Shown here: piece after piece, positions 10,009 to 18,586 of the stretch
Position numbering within the stretch: position 1 is the first letter of the stretch
Layout of the letters: each line of letters starts with the position of its first letter
Position numbers and translations under genes: made by a program
Notes under the pieces: generated by a model
The model's database searches: none
Told to the model about the DNA's origin: nothing
The model's input: only the letters and a program-made list of their open reading frames with translations
Assembly (NCBI GenBank): GCA_002429065.1
Contig: DIYN01000048.1
Span: 21,727-85,726 of the forward strand
Length of the DNA: 64,000 bases
From: Verrucomicrobia bacterium UBA6053
Lineage (GTDB): Bacteria; Verrucomicrobiota; Kiritimatiellia; SS1-B-03-39; UBA6053
Direction: 5' to 3'

Positions 10009-10169
10009 CAACAACGGACCACGCGGACGACACGGACCCATGCAGAGTCACCCTGATCATGCGATGTTCTCTTATAATTAGGGATTTGTATCTAATGAGG
10101 ATTCATCTGTGTGAACCGTCAGCAATAAAGCATTCCATGCGTCCGTGCCGTCCGCGTGGTCCGTTGTTG
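10009..10169. repeat. 29-bp inverted repeat (1 mismatch) with 103-nt AT-richer spacer
   Basis: The left arm CAACAACGGACCACGCGGACGACACGGAC (10009-10037) is the reverse complement of 10141-10169 except for one base. It lies in a 460-bp convergent intergenic region with no convincing ORF. Confidence 0.85.
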
Positions 10170-10327
10170 CATTCCACACTCGTTGACGATGAACCTTTTT
10201 TACCCTCCGGGTTCCATCGGTCAGGTGTGGGTGTCGGCGTTTATGCCACGCCGGATCCTGCCGGGCCGTAAACGGCTCCAGCCACATCTGGGTTCCGGTG
10301 GTTCCTTCTTCGATGCTGAGGTGGGCG

Positions 10328-11848
10328 TTATACCTGAATTTCCTGAGCCAGAATCGCGGCCTGCAGGTTCCGCAGACGCTGTTCCAACTCCATGTCCTCT
10401 TCCATAAATGGGCAGAGACGGGTAAGCGTCTCGCGAAAGTTCTGTCCCTGAGGGGAGAGGGGGAGGGGGACTCCTGAGACCCTGTCGCGGAGCTCGGTCC
10501 CCTGTTGCACACACACAATCTGAACGGCGCAAATCTGTGCGCAAAGTTCAATCATCCGGCTCACATCTCGAACGGAATGCAGTCCCATGCTGACTTTGTC
10601 CTGATTATGACATTCCGTTGACCGGGAGAAGACCGAGGCGGGCATACAGAGCTTCTGCGCTTCCGCAGTGAAGGCGCTCTGGGCCACCTGAAGGGCTTTC
10701 AGACCATGGTAAATCGGTTTGTCTGAACCAGAGAGATTGGCTGGCAGCCCCCGATTCCGTTTTGGATCCACAAGCACAGCCATCTGGCGGTCAAGGAGGT
10801 CCGCAACATTGGCGAGAAGGGTTTTCAGACTGTCGTTGAGAAACGCCATATGCCCCCCGTAGAAGTGACCGCCATGATGGATGGTCTGTGTTTCTGCATC
10901 CAGTACCGGATTGTCATTCACCCCGTTCAGTTCCGTCTCGAGCTGTGTTCGCATCCAGGGAAGGGCATCGAACAGGACGCCGAGAATCTGAGGGGTGCAG
11001 CGGAAGGAATAGGGATCCTGAAGGCGGGTTTCGGAGGTTTCATCCGGGGGGAGCAGCATGCTCCGGACTTCCCTTGCCGCCCGGGCCTGTCCCGGATGGG
11101 CTTTGAGTTCCATGAGGCGCGCGTTGTAATGCGTACGGTTTCCCTGCAGGGAGACGACACCCAGGGCTGTCAGACGGCACGCGAGAGTGGCAAGATATTC
11201 GGCCTGATCCAAATGGAGGCAGCTCACGCCGGTCATGGCGGAGGTACCGTTCATGATCCCGAGCGTTTCCTTTGGACCGAGAAGGAAGGGAGGTTTGTCG
11301 GTCTTCTTCCAGACGGCTGAACTGGGGACGCGTTGTCCCTCCCGCCACATGTCCCGTTCTCCCATCAGGCAGGCCGCAATGTAGGAAAGGGGCGTTAAAT
11401 CTCCACTGGCACCAACAGACCCCTCCTGAGGGATCCTCGGAACGGTATTGTCATTCAGCCAGTCGCACATGGTCTCCAGTACTGCGGGACGGATCCCGGA
11501 ATACCCTCTCGCGAGAGGGAGGAGTCTCGCCAGCAGGATGGCCCGGCATTCGCGGGGTGAGAAGTCGTCTCCGAGTCCCACCCCATGCATTCGAGCCAGC
11601 ATTCGGGGCATCAGGTGGACCTCATCCCCGCGAATACGCTGGTCCACAGAATCGCCCACGCCGGTCGTGACCCCATAGAGGGGGTGGCCGGAGGCTGCGA
11701 GGTCCTGCACCATTTGCACACTGGCTTCCACGCGCCGATAGGCCGGGCTGTCTGTGTGCAACCTCACCGGGCGGTGATGGTCGATGACTTCAAGAGCATC
11801 GCGGAGGGTGATCGGGCTGCCGTCAAGTAGGAGTGGAGTCATGGGCAA
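10328..11848 (-). CDS. MIO-dependent aromatic amino acid ammonia-lyase / aminomutase family (HAL/PAL/TAL)
   Basis: 506 aa with the MIO-forming motif GSVGASGDLTPLSYIA. Length and conservation are typical of the family. Substrate not assignable by eye. Confidence 0.85.
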   Translation of the reverse strand: MPMTPLLLDGSPITLRDALEVIDHHRPVRLHTDSPAYRRVEASVQMVQDLAASGHPLYGVTTGVGDSVDQRIRGDEVHLMPRMLARMHGVGLGDDFSPRECRAILLARLLPLARGYSGIRPAVLETMCDWLNDNTVPRIPQEGSVGASGDLTPLSYIAACLMGERDMWREGQRVPSSAVWKKTDKPPFLLGPKETLGIMNGTSAMTGVSCLHLDQAEYLATLACRLTALGVVSLQGNRTHYNARLMELKAHPGQARAAREVRSMLLPPDETSETRLQDPYSFRCTPQILGVLFDALPWMRTQLETELNGVNDNPVLDAETQTIHHGGHFYGGHMAFLNDSLKTLLANVADLLDRQMAVLVDPKRNRGLPANLSGSDKPIYHGLKALQVAQSAFTAEAQKLCMPASVFSRSTECHNQDKVSMGLHSVRDVSRMIELCAQICAVQIVCVQQGTELRDRVSGVPLPLSPQGQNFRETLTRLCPFMEEDMELEQRLRNLQAAILAQEIQV

Positions 11849-11880
11849 ACCCTGCAGGTGCCGCCTGAAAATACAAGGGT

Positions 11881-12105
11881 CTAGGTCAGGAAGAAGAAGT
11901 ATCCGCCCAGCAGGAGACCGAAGGTGGCTTCTGCCATTCCGTATCCCCGGAACTGGGATCGGGAAACCTCCTGCAGAAATGAGGCGGTTTTTGGGAAAAG
12001 GCGAAGGGTCAGACTCCGCATCTGATCCGGCATTCCCATAATGAGGCTTCCTTCAATCAGGGTCCAGAGGGCCAGGCCTTTGCAGAACAGTTCAAACGTT
12101 TTCAT
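11881..12105 (-). CDS. small membrane protein, DUF2065 (YjeT)-like
   Basis: 74 aa with two hydrophobic segments. The pattern LAL..LIEG...P....R........R..G....GLLL is collinear with E. coli YjeT. Confidence 0.5.
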   Translation of the reverse strand: MKTFELFCKGLALWTLIEGSLIMGMPDQMRSLTLRLFPKTASFLQEVSRSQFRGYGMAEATFGLLLGGYFFFLT

Positions 12106-12228
12106 CTAACGGTTTCCTGATAAATCTGTGAAAAAAAATGACTTGAGAATCAACGTTTTCTCCTAGAAATCTGTCAATGGTGGACTAAAAACCATTCTCC
12201 CCCCTAAATTCTGCCGAAGGCTCCCTGT

Positions 12229-14325
12229 ATGAAATCCGCTGTGTTGAAGATTCTTTTATTCCCCCTAGATCTGGTGTTTTTAACCTTGGATGCATGGGTG
12301 ATTACGTCTCGGAGGATCCTGCGGATCTTTAAGAAGGAGAAAGATCAACCCTGTCATTTCTGTCAGGGGGACGATCATAGCGAGAGTCCTCATCCTGTGC
12401 GTTCTGTGTTGAAGTATCAGAACGAATGGATGGTGAAACTTCTTTCCCCCTGTGTGCGGTTCAAGCGTATTGACGGACGGAGAATCGGACTGTGTAAGCA
12501 GGAGGGTGGTTTCACCCGTCCTCCGGCCCTGGTTCCGATCGTGGCACTGTTGATGGTCACCCTGTGGCTCGGGGGGGGATTGGGACTCCTGTATGCCCTC
12601 TCTTCCGACAGGGCAAATTTCTGGGGCAATTTCGTCACCTTTTTCAACCCTTCCTCCATGGACTCCGGGGAAGAGGAGGATGTGGATTTCCTTGAAGCCG
12701 GAGACTCACAACTCAACCCTGAACGGGCTGAGCGGTATTACCGGGAAGGAGTTAAAGCACTGGATCAGTATAAATTTCCCGATGCACAGGTGTTTCTGAA
12801 ACGGGCCATCCAGAATCATCCGACCAAAGCGGAGTATCATTATGCTCTGGCCCGGGCTTTTTTCGGAACCCGGCAGTTTGTGGATGGTGAAACCAGTCTT
12901 CGCCGGGCGTTGGAGTTTGAGGAGGAGCATGTGGATGCCTTGCTGATGCTGGCCGAGCTGCTTCAGGGGCAGGAGAAAGCTGGCGAGGCCTACACCCATG
13001 CCGCCAAAGCGCTTGAACTTGAACCGGAAAATCTGAAAGCCGTGCGTATGAATGCCGCCCTGCTGGCTGCCAGAGGGGAGAAAGACGCTGTTCGGGGTCT
13101 CATGGACCAACTGCTGTCAGAAGATGGGGAAAACACAGATACCCTGACGTTCCTCGGCCGGCTGGAATTCAGTTTGTTTCAGGATCTGGAAAAATCGGAA
13201 GCCCTGTTGCTGTCCGCTCTGTCGAAAAAGCCGGACCATGTCGGTGGTTTAATGGCCATGATCCCGATTCATGCGCAAAAGAAGGACATGGACAGCGTGA
13301 ATGAAACGATGAACAAGGTCCTGGAGCTGCAGCCGGAAAACCTGCAGGCCCTTCGCCTTCAGGCGGAAATGATGATGAGCCGATTCGGCCTCGGTGTGGG
13401 CCTGAGATACTACGGGAATCTGATGAACCGGTTCGGAAACGATCCCACTCTTCGTCTCCGCTATGCGGAACTTCTGCTTCAGTCTGGGAATATTGCGGAA
13501 GGAAAACGCCTGGCCACCCAGCTTACAGCGTCCCGCGTCCCCAACATTGAGCGCACCTCTCATTGGATGCTGGCACAGATGTATGCCCAGATCCGCATGT
13601 ATGACGAGGCCATTGAGCATGCGCAGGCGACACTGCGTGTGGCACCCAATGCCCGGAATGTTCAAGTGTTCCTTGCACAGCAGTATTTGCAGAGCGGGGA
13701 GCCTCTCCTGGCAAAACGTGCGTTGGAACGGGCGGTTGTGAATCAGGAGAACCTGAACCCGAACCTGTACATTCTGATGTCGCGGATTCTTCAGGAAATG
13801 GATCAGACGGATCAGGCCATTGCCTATCTGGACGGTGTCCTGGCAGAAAAAGAGGATCTGGATCGGGTCCGCATGCGGAAAGTGGAGATTCAAATGCAGA
13901 CTCCCCTGTGGAAACGTGCGCTCCCGGATACCCGTCTGCTGCATGAAAAATATCCGGATGACCCCGCTCTTCGCAATAATCTGGCGTTTCTCCTGGCCCG
14001 CAGTGGAGAGGAATTGGACACAGCACGTGAACTCGTGGAATCCTTGAAAGATCAGTTTGAGGAAAATCCGGTCATTCTCGATACCTACGGGTATGTTCTC
14101 GCGGCGGCGGGTGAGCATGAAGAAGCGATTAAGATCTATGAACAGGCCCTGGAGCGGGCTGGCAACAATATGACCATCCGCTTCCATTACGCTGTGAGCC
14201 TGGCTGCACTGGGGAGGAAAGATGATGCATTAAGGCAGTTGGAAGCCGTTCTCATCATTCAGCCCGATTTCCCCCAGGCCGAAGAAGCCCGCAACTTGCA
14301 AACTCAGCTTTCCGCAGGAGCTTAA
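12229..14325 (+). CDS. membrane-anchored TPR-repeat protein (exosortase-system associated by context)
   Basis: 698 aa. It has N-terminal hydrophobic segments and a CHFCQGDDH motif, followed by many TPR-like repeats (AEYHYALARAF..., ALELEPENLKA...). It ends 4 nt before the exosortase gene. Confidence 0.75.
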   Translation: MKSAVLKILLFPLDLVFLTLDAWVITSRRILRIFKKEKDQPCHFCQGDDHSESPHPVRSVLKYQNEWMVKLLSPCVRFKRIDGRRIGLCKQEGGFTRPPALVPIVALLMVTLWLGGGLGLLYALSSDRANFWGNFVTFFNPSSMDSGEEEDVDFLEAGDSQLNPERAERYYREGVKALDQYKFPDAQVFLKRAIQNHPTKAEYHYALARAFFGTRQFVDGETSLRRALEFEEEHVDALLMLAELLQGQEKAGEAYTHAAKALELEPENLKAVRMNAALLAARGEKDAVRGLMDQLLSEDGENTDTLTFLGRLEFSLFQDLEKSEALLLSALSKKPDHVGGLMAMIPIHAQKKDMDSVNETMNKVLELQPENLQALRLQAEMMMSRFGLGVGLRYYGNLMNRFGNDPTLRLRYAELLLQSGNIAEGKRLATQLTASRVPNIERTSHWMLAQMYAQIRMYDEAIEHAQATLRVAPNARNVQVFLAQQYLQSGEPLLAKRALERAVVNQENLNPNLYILMSRILQEMDQTDQAIAYLDGVLAEKEDLDRVRMRKVEIQMQTPLWKRALPDTRLLHEKYPDDPALRNNLAFLLARSGEELDTARELVESLKDQFEENPVILDTYGYVLAAAGEHEEAIKIYEQALERAGNNMTIRFHYAVSLAALGRKDDALRQLEAVLIIQPDFPQAEEARNLQTQLSAGA

Positions 14326-14329
14326 GAGC

Positions 14330-16339
14330 ATGAATCTTAAAAAACTTCAGTTTTGGAAAAAGAAATCCTCCTCCAGAAGTGGAGGATCCCGGCGGAGGTC
14401 CTATGGGTATGGATATGGCCTGTTGCGGGACATTATCCGGGTGCCGGAACTTGGCCTGGGCGAACTGTTCTGGGTCACCGGAGCCTTGCTGGTGGCCAAT
14501 GCCTTCATGGTGATCAGCCTCTTTCGGTTTTACCTGGCGATGCAGGATTATTCCCATGCAATTCTGGTCCCGGTCATTGCCGCAGCCGCTGCCTGGGTCA
14601 CCCTGTCACGCTCTGGCATCAAACCTCTGGTTGTGGGGGAATACTGGGGGTTCCCCATTGTGCTGGCTGGATTAGGGATCCAGTTTGGTGCGATGTGGTA
14701 TGAAATTGGTCTCGTTGCAGGAGGGGTGGTCAGTGAATATTTCACCAGTGTGGGGTTGGTGATCTCCATCTGGGGCCTGTTTATCTGCTTTTTCGGATTC
14801 AGGGCGATGCGCCTCTTCTGGTTCCCGCTGCTCTATTTGATCTTTATGATTCCGGGTCTTCCCGGACCTCCGGAGAGCTGGTTGAAAAATACTCTGCGGA
14901 ATATTGTCACCGCAGCCTCCGCCGGAATCCTGGAACATGTGTTCCGGTACGCTGTGTTTGTGGAAAACAACATGATGGAGATTGCGGCACATAACGCGGA
15001 GGACAATGTCCGTCCCATTGTGCTGGGGGTGGAAGATGCCTGCAGCGGCATCCGTTCCCTCTGGGCCATGCTCGCTGTCGCACCGGCCATTGCCTGGTTC
15101 CTGCGCTTGCGTCCGTTCCTGATCGCTCTGTTTATCCCCCTGGGCGTGTTTCTCGCGATTTTCCAGAACATCATCCGCGTGGTGGCGACGGCTCTGTTGT
15201 GTGACTTCTTCGGAATGGACTGGGCGATGGGCACCAAACATGAAGTTGTGGGAGGGGCCACCTTCTTCTTATCTGCCATTATCCTCGTGTTTCTCTCGGT
15301 GTTGCTCGCACCACCTCCGCAACCGAAAAAGGAAGCATACGGATCCTACGGAACCTACGGTGTGTATGGGTCATACGGAGCTGCAGGGGGCTATGGCAGC
15401 TATGGGGGGCCTTCTACCGCTGCGTACCATGCGGCCAATGATCCGGAGGCGGAGAAAGACGAGGATGACGAGATTGATCCTGGTCAACGACGAGAGTTCT
15501 TCTTTTCACGCATTCAGGGAATCCGTGTGGGGGTCTACGCCTGCCTGGCATTGATGCTGGTAGGCCAACTTGTTCTCTTCCAACGGTATGCAATTCGGAG
15601 TCGGGTCCAGTTTAAGATTGCCCAAAGCCGGGAGACCCTGGACGCATTTCCGGGCGAAATGGGGAATTTCAAGCGGATTTACTGGGGGGAATTGCCCGAA
15701 ACCGCGCTTCGGATTCTTCAGCCCTCCGAAAGTTACGTCGGATGGTATGCCACACCGGATAACAAGCTCGTGAATGTGATCATCAACTTCTGGGAGCCGG
15801 TCATTGGCTTTAATGGGACCTCGTGGGCCTTTCCCCACTCCCCAGACGTGTGTTTCCGGGAAGCCGGGTGGGAAATCGAGGAGGAGGTTGCTGTTCCTGA
15901 GGATCTTATGTTCGAGGATGAAATCCTCTATTCCCGGATGTATCAGAACAACGTGAAACGCCAGATGGTTCTGTACTGGTATAACCGTGACGAAGTCACC
16001 CGGATCATGAATGAGTTCATCGACATTGAGCTGGATGAAACCTCCACCGAGAGCAAAGGCTACTTCAACCGCATTAACCATATGGTTCGCTCCTGGCACC
16101 GCCCCAAGGATTACAGCCGGTATCAGTATTCGATCGGGATTTATGTTCAGGAGCAGGGAAACCGTCAGGAAAGCATCGAGCTCGCTCATGACTTCGCCCG
16201 TGAACTCCGCAAGCATATCACTCCCTTCGGTCTGATTCCGCTGCAGAAAATTGACCTTGATAATATCGAGCAGTCTCTGCAGATCGCGGAAGAACCTCAG
16301 GAAGCGGCTCCGGTTGCAGAACCGGTTGCCGCTCTCTGA
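14330..16339 (+). CDS. exosortase fused to an EpsI-family domain
   Basis: Polytopic N-domain with the exosortase Cys motif EDACSGIRSL (about nt 15032-15061). A Tyr/Gly low-complexity linker (YGSYGTYGVYGSYGAAGGYGSYGG) follows, then an extra TM and a soluble domain of about 200 aa resembling EpsI. Confidence 0.7.
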   Translation: MNLKKLQFWKKKSSSRSGGSRRRSYGYGYGLLRDIIRVPELGLGELFWVTGALLVANAFMVISLFRFYLAMQDYSHAILVPVIAAAAAWVTLSRSGIKPLVVGEYWGFPIVLAGLGIQFGAMWYEIGLVAGGVVSEYFTSVGLVISIWGLFICFFGFRAMRLFWFPLLYLIFMIPGLPGPPESWLKNTLRNIVTAASAGILEHVFRYAVFVENNMMEIAAHNAEDNVRPIVLGVEDACSGIRSLWAMLAVAPAIAWFLRLRPFLIALFIPLGVFLAIFQNIIRVVATALLCDFFGMDWAMGTKHEVVGGATFFLSAIILVFLSVLLAPPPQPKKEAYGSYGTYGVYGSYGAAGGYGSYGGPSTAAYHAANDPEAEKDEDDEIDPGQRREFFFSRIQGIRVGVYACLALMLVGQLVLFQRYAIRSRVQFKIAQSRETLDAFPGEMGNFKRIYWGELPETALRILQPSESYVGWYATPDNKLVNVIINFWEPVIGFNGTSWAFPHSPDVCFREAGWEIEEEVAVPEDLMFEDEILYSRMYQNNVKRQMVLYWYNRDEVTRIMNEFIDIELDETSTESKGYFNRINHMVRSWHRPKDYSRYQYSIGIYVQEQGNRQESIELAHDFARELRKHITPFGLIPLQKIDLDNIEQSLQIAEEPQEAAPVAEPVAAL

Positions 16340-16365
16340 ATGAGAGTGGGGGAGGGCTTTCGTCC

Positions 16366-16830
16366 TTAGTTGGCCTTCCCCACCCCCTGCTTCAATCTGA
16401 GGCTCATTTCGATTTCGACGGGCGTTTGATCAGGAAGGGAACTGGCTCCCACGGCCATTCTTACATGGCGTCCTGCATCCCCAAAAATGTCAATCAGCAG
16501 GTCTGAGCAGCCATTGATGACCTCTGGATGATTACTGAAGTCAGGCGGACAGTTGACCATTCCGTAGACTCGCAAAATGTTCTCGATGACATTTAAGGAT
16601 CCATAAGCATCATGCACTGCCGCCAGAAGAAGAAGACCGGTCTCTCTCGCGAACTCATATCCTTCCTGGATTGAAAACGCGACACCGACTTTTCCGGCGG
16701 CATGGCTGACCCCTTTTCCTGCGACATGCAAAATTCCCTGATCTTCCTTTACGTGAAGGTAATGACCGCTCGGGGGACTGATTTCAGGTAAGGAGATCCC
16801 TGCCTCCAGAAGTTTCTGATCATAATTCAT
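16366..16830 (-). CDS. RidA/YjgF/UK114 family protein
   Basis: The core GILHVAGKGV...VNCPPDFSNHPEVINGCSDLL...RMAVGASSLPDQTPVEIE is typical of the Rid family. ATG at 16830 (MNYDQKLL) preferred over the GTG at 16863. Confidence 0.75.
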   Translation of the reverse strand: MNYDQKLLEAGISLPEISPPSGHYLHVKEDQGILHVAGKGVSHAAGKVGVAFSIQEGYEFARETGLLLLAAVHDAYGSLNVIENILRVYGMVNCPPDFSNHPEVINGCSDLLIDIFGDAGRHVRMAVGASSLPDQTPVEIEMSLRLKQGVGKAN

Positions 16831-17062
16831 GTTGTGATCAACCGCGTACAGTCCATCGCCCACATCCGGAGGGTTTTCAGAGTTCCTACCATTTGGATCG
16901 TCCAGTCCGTCGCCCTGGAGTCAAGCCGTGCCCTGTCTGGATCGCAGGTCAATCTCAGCCTGAGGCTTCGTTCATCATGGGGCCAGTCGAGGATGAACGT
17001 TTGGCAGGGGTGAGGTTTTCGTCTGGTTGATGGGCCTGCTCTTCCGGAAGAAGCTGAGCGCT

Positions 17063-17752
17063 TCAGAAGCTCACGGTCACATCAACGGGCTGCCCCCCGC
17101 GGATGACCTGAAGCGCAACCTCGTTCCCCGGAGTGGCATTCACTGCGGTGGCAACGGTTTCTGCTGAGGTGACCGAAGTGCCGGCCGCCTGGACCAGAAT
17201 ATCCTTTTTCTGCAGACCGGCCCGATCGGCTGCGGATCCAGGCTGAACTTCCCGGATGATCATGCCCACACCCTCTGACAGCTCGAGATATCCGGCAACT
17301 GCGGGATCGATGGCCTCAATCCAGACGCCCAGGCTGCGGGGAGCACGGGTCGCGGCTGACGCAGGCGCGGGCAGTCTGCCAATCCCAAGGACCGGTTGAA
17401 GAATCACCGGGGCCCCTTTGCGGATCAGGCGAATGTCCACTTTCCGGCCTGCCGGGGTTTCATGCACCATCCGGCTCAGCGCCATGGCGCTTTCCACCCG
17501 ATGTCCATTGTAGGCGACAATCACATCATCCGCCTGAACGCCAGCGGTTTCTGCCGGAGAACCCGGTCCGACCGCCCGTACCCAGGCACCAAATGTTCCG
17601 GGCAGGGAAAGGGCGGTGGCATCGGCGGGTTCCACTTCATCCAATGCGACACCCAGCATACCAGGAGCGTGTCCAGCGGGAACCTGTGCCATGAGGACAG
17701 GGGCGAATGTCAGAGAAATCAGAGAAACTGCGGTGAGAAAAAATCGTTTCAT
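17063..17752 (-). CDS. secreted protein with two PDZ domains
   Basis: Signal peptide (MKRFFLTAVSLISLTFAPVLMA). Two PDZ-like repeats (GAWVRAVGPGSPAETAGVQADDVIVAYNG and GMIIREVQPGSAADRAGLQKKDILVQAAG). Confidence 0.75.
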   Translation of the reverse strand: MKRFFLTAVSLISLTFAPVLMAQVPAGHAPGMLGVALDEVEPADATALSLPGTFGAWVRAVGPGSPAETAGVQADDVIVAYNGHRVESAMALSRMVHETPAGRKVDIRLIRKGAPVILQPVLGIGRLPAPASAATRAPRSLGVWIEAIDPAVAGYLELSEGVGMIIREVQPGSAADRAGLQKKDILVQAAGTSVTSAETVATAVNATPGNEVALQVIRGGQPVDVTVSF

Positions 17753-17813
17753 GATGAAGAAGCTTGGGTTGTGGGCATCAAATGCCGTTTATCTCCTCTG
17801 ACTTCAAGAACTT

Positions 17814-18581
17814 TCAACCGAACATGGAGGCTGCGCCCTCCACCGCCTCAGGAAACAGCTCCTGGAGGTCCCCCTCCAGCCGCAGGGCCACATGGGGCAT
17901 GCCGTCATGCAGGGTTTCCCCCTGATTCACAATCAGGTATGGGATTCCGGCCCGGGCAGCCATGATGGGGAATGTCCCCGCCGGGTGAACCGACAAGGTG
18001 CTGCCCACCGCAATCACCAAATCCGGATCCATCATGGCGGTCTGGGCCCGGGTAAGATCCTCTTCCCGCAGAGCTTCGCCAAACTGGATCACGCCGGGTT
18101 TCAGAAACTGATCACACTCCGGGCAAACGGGCGTTTTCCCTGTTTCCATCCATCCCTTGTACCAGGGACCGCATGGAGCCCGGTACCCGCAGTCCACACA
18201 CATCACCTGATCTGCGCGTCCGTGCAGCTCAATCAGCCTCTCCTCAGAGGTTCCGGCTTTCCGGTGGAGCCCGTCAATGTTCTGCGTGATGACGGCATGC
18301 AGTTTGCCCAGATCTTCCAGGGTGCGGATCGCCCGGTGAGCGGCAGTGGGCTCCGCATCTTTCCAGGTCTGCCAATCCTCCGCTTTCTCGGCCCAGTACT
18401 GTTCTCGTTTTTCCGGTTGGTCAAAAAACTCCTGCACGGTGATCACCGGACGGGAGTTCCGGATTCCATGTGGGCCTCGGTAATCCGGAATCCCCGCCGC
18501 CGTACTGATCCCTGCACCGGTGAACAGGACAATCCGTTCCGCAGCAACCAGATATTCCAGAAGAGTTTCAGGGTCTTTCAT
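17814..18581 (-). CDS. cobB: NAD-dependent protein deacylase, Sir2 family
   Basis: Motifs FTGAGISTAAGIPDYRG, ITQNIDGLHRKAG, and the zinc ribbon CVDCG...CPEC. Confidence 0.9.
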   Translation of the reverse strand: MKDPETLLEYLVAAERIVLFTGAGISTAAGIPDYRGPHGIRNSRPVITVQEFFDQPEKREQYWAEKAEDWQTWKDAEPTAAHRAIRTLEDLGKLHAVITQNIDGLHRKAGTSEERLIELHGRADQVMCVDCGYRAPCGPWYKGWMETGKTPVCPECDQFLKPGVIQFGEALREEDLTRAQTAMMDPDLVIAVGSTLSVHPAGTFPIMAARAGIPYLIVNQGETLHDGMPHVALRLEGDLQELFPEAVEGAASMFG

Positions 18582-18586
18582 CTCGG

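Noticed and set aside
10038-10140. The inverted repeats at 10009-10169 and 28065-28193 both have exactly 103-nt spacers.
   Set aside because: The two spacers and the arms share no sequence similarity, so I regard the equal length as coincidence. A genome-wide census of such elements would be needed to say otherwise.
9873-10271. 132-aa ORF spanning the terminator and the long inverted repeat.
   Set aside because: It starts inside the terminator hairpin, reads through both repeat arms, and has Cys/Arg/Pro-rich composition with no coding signal.
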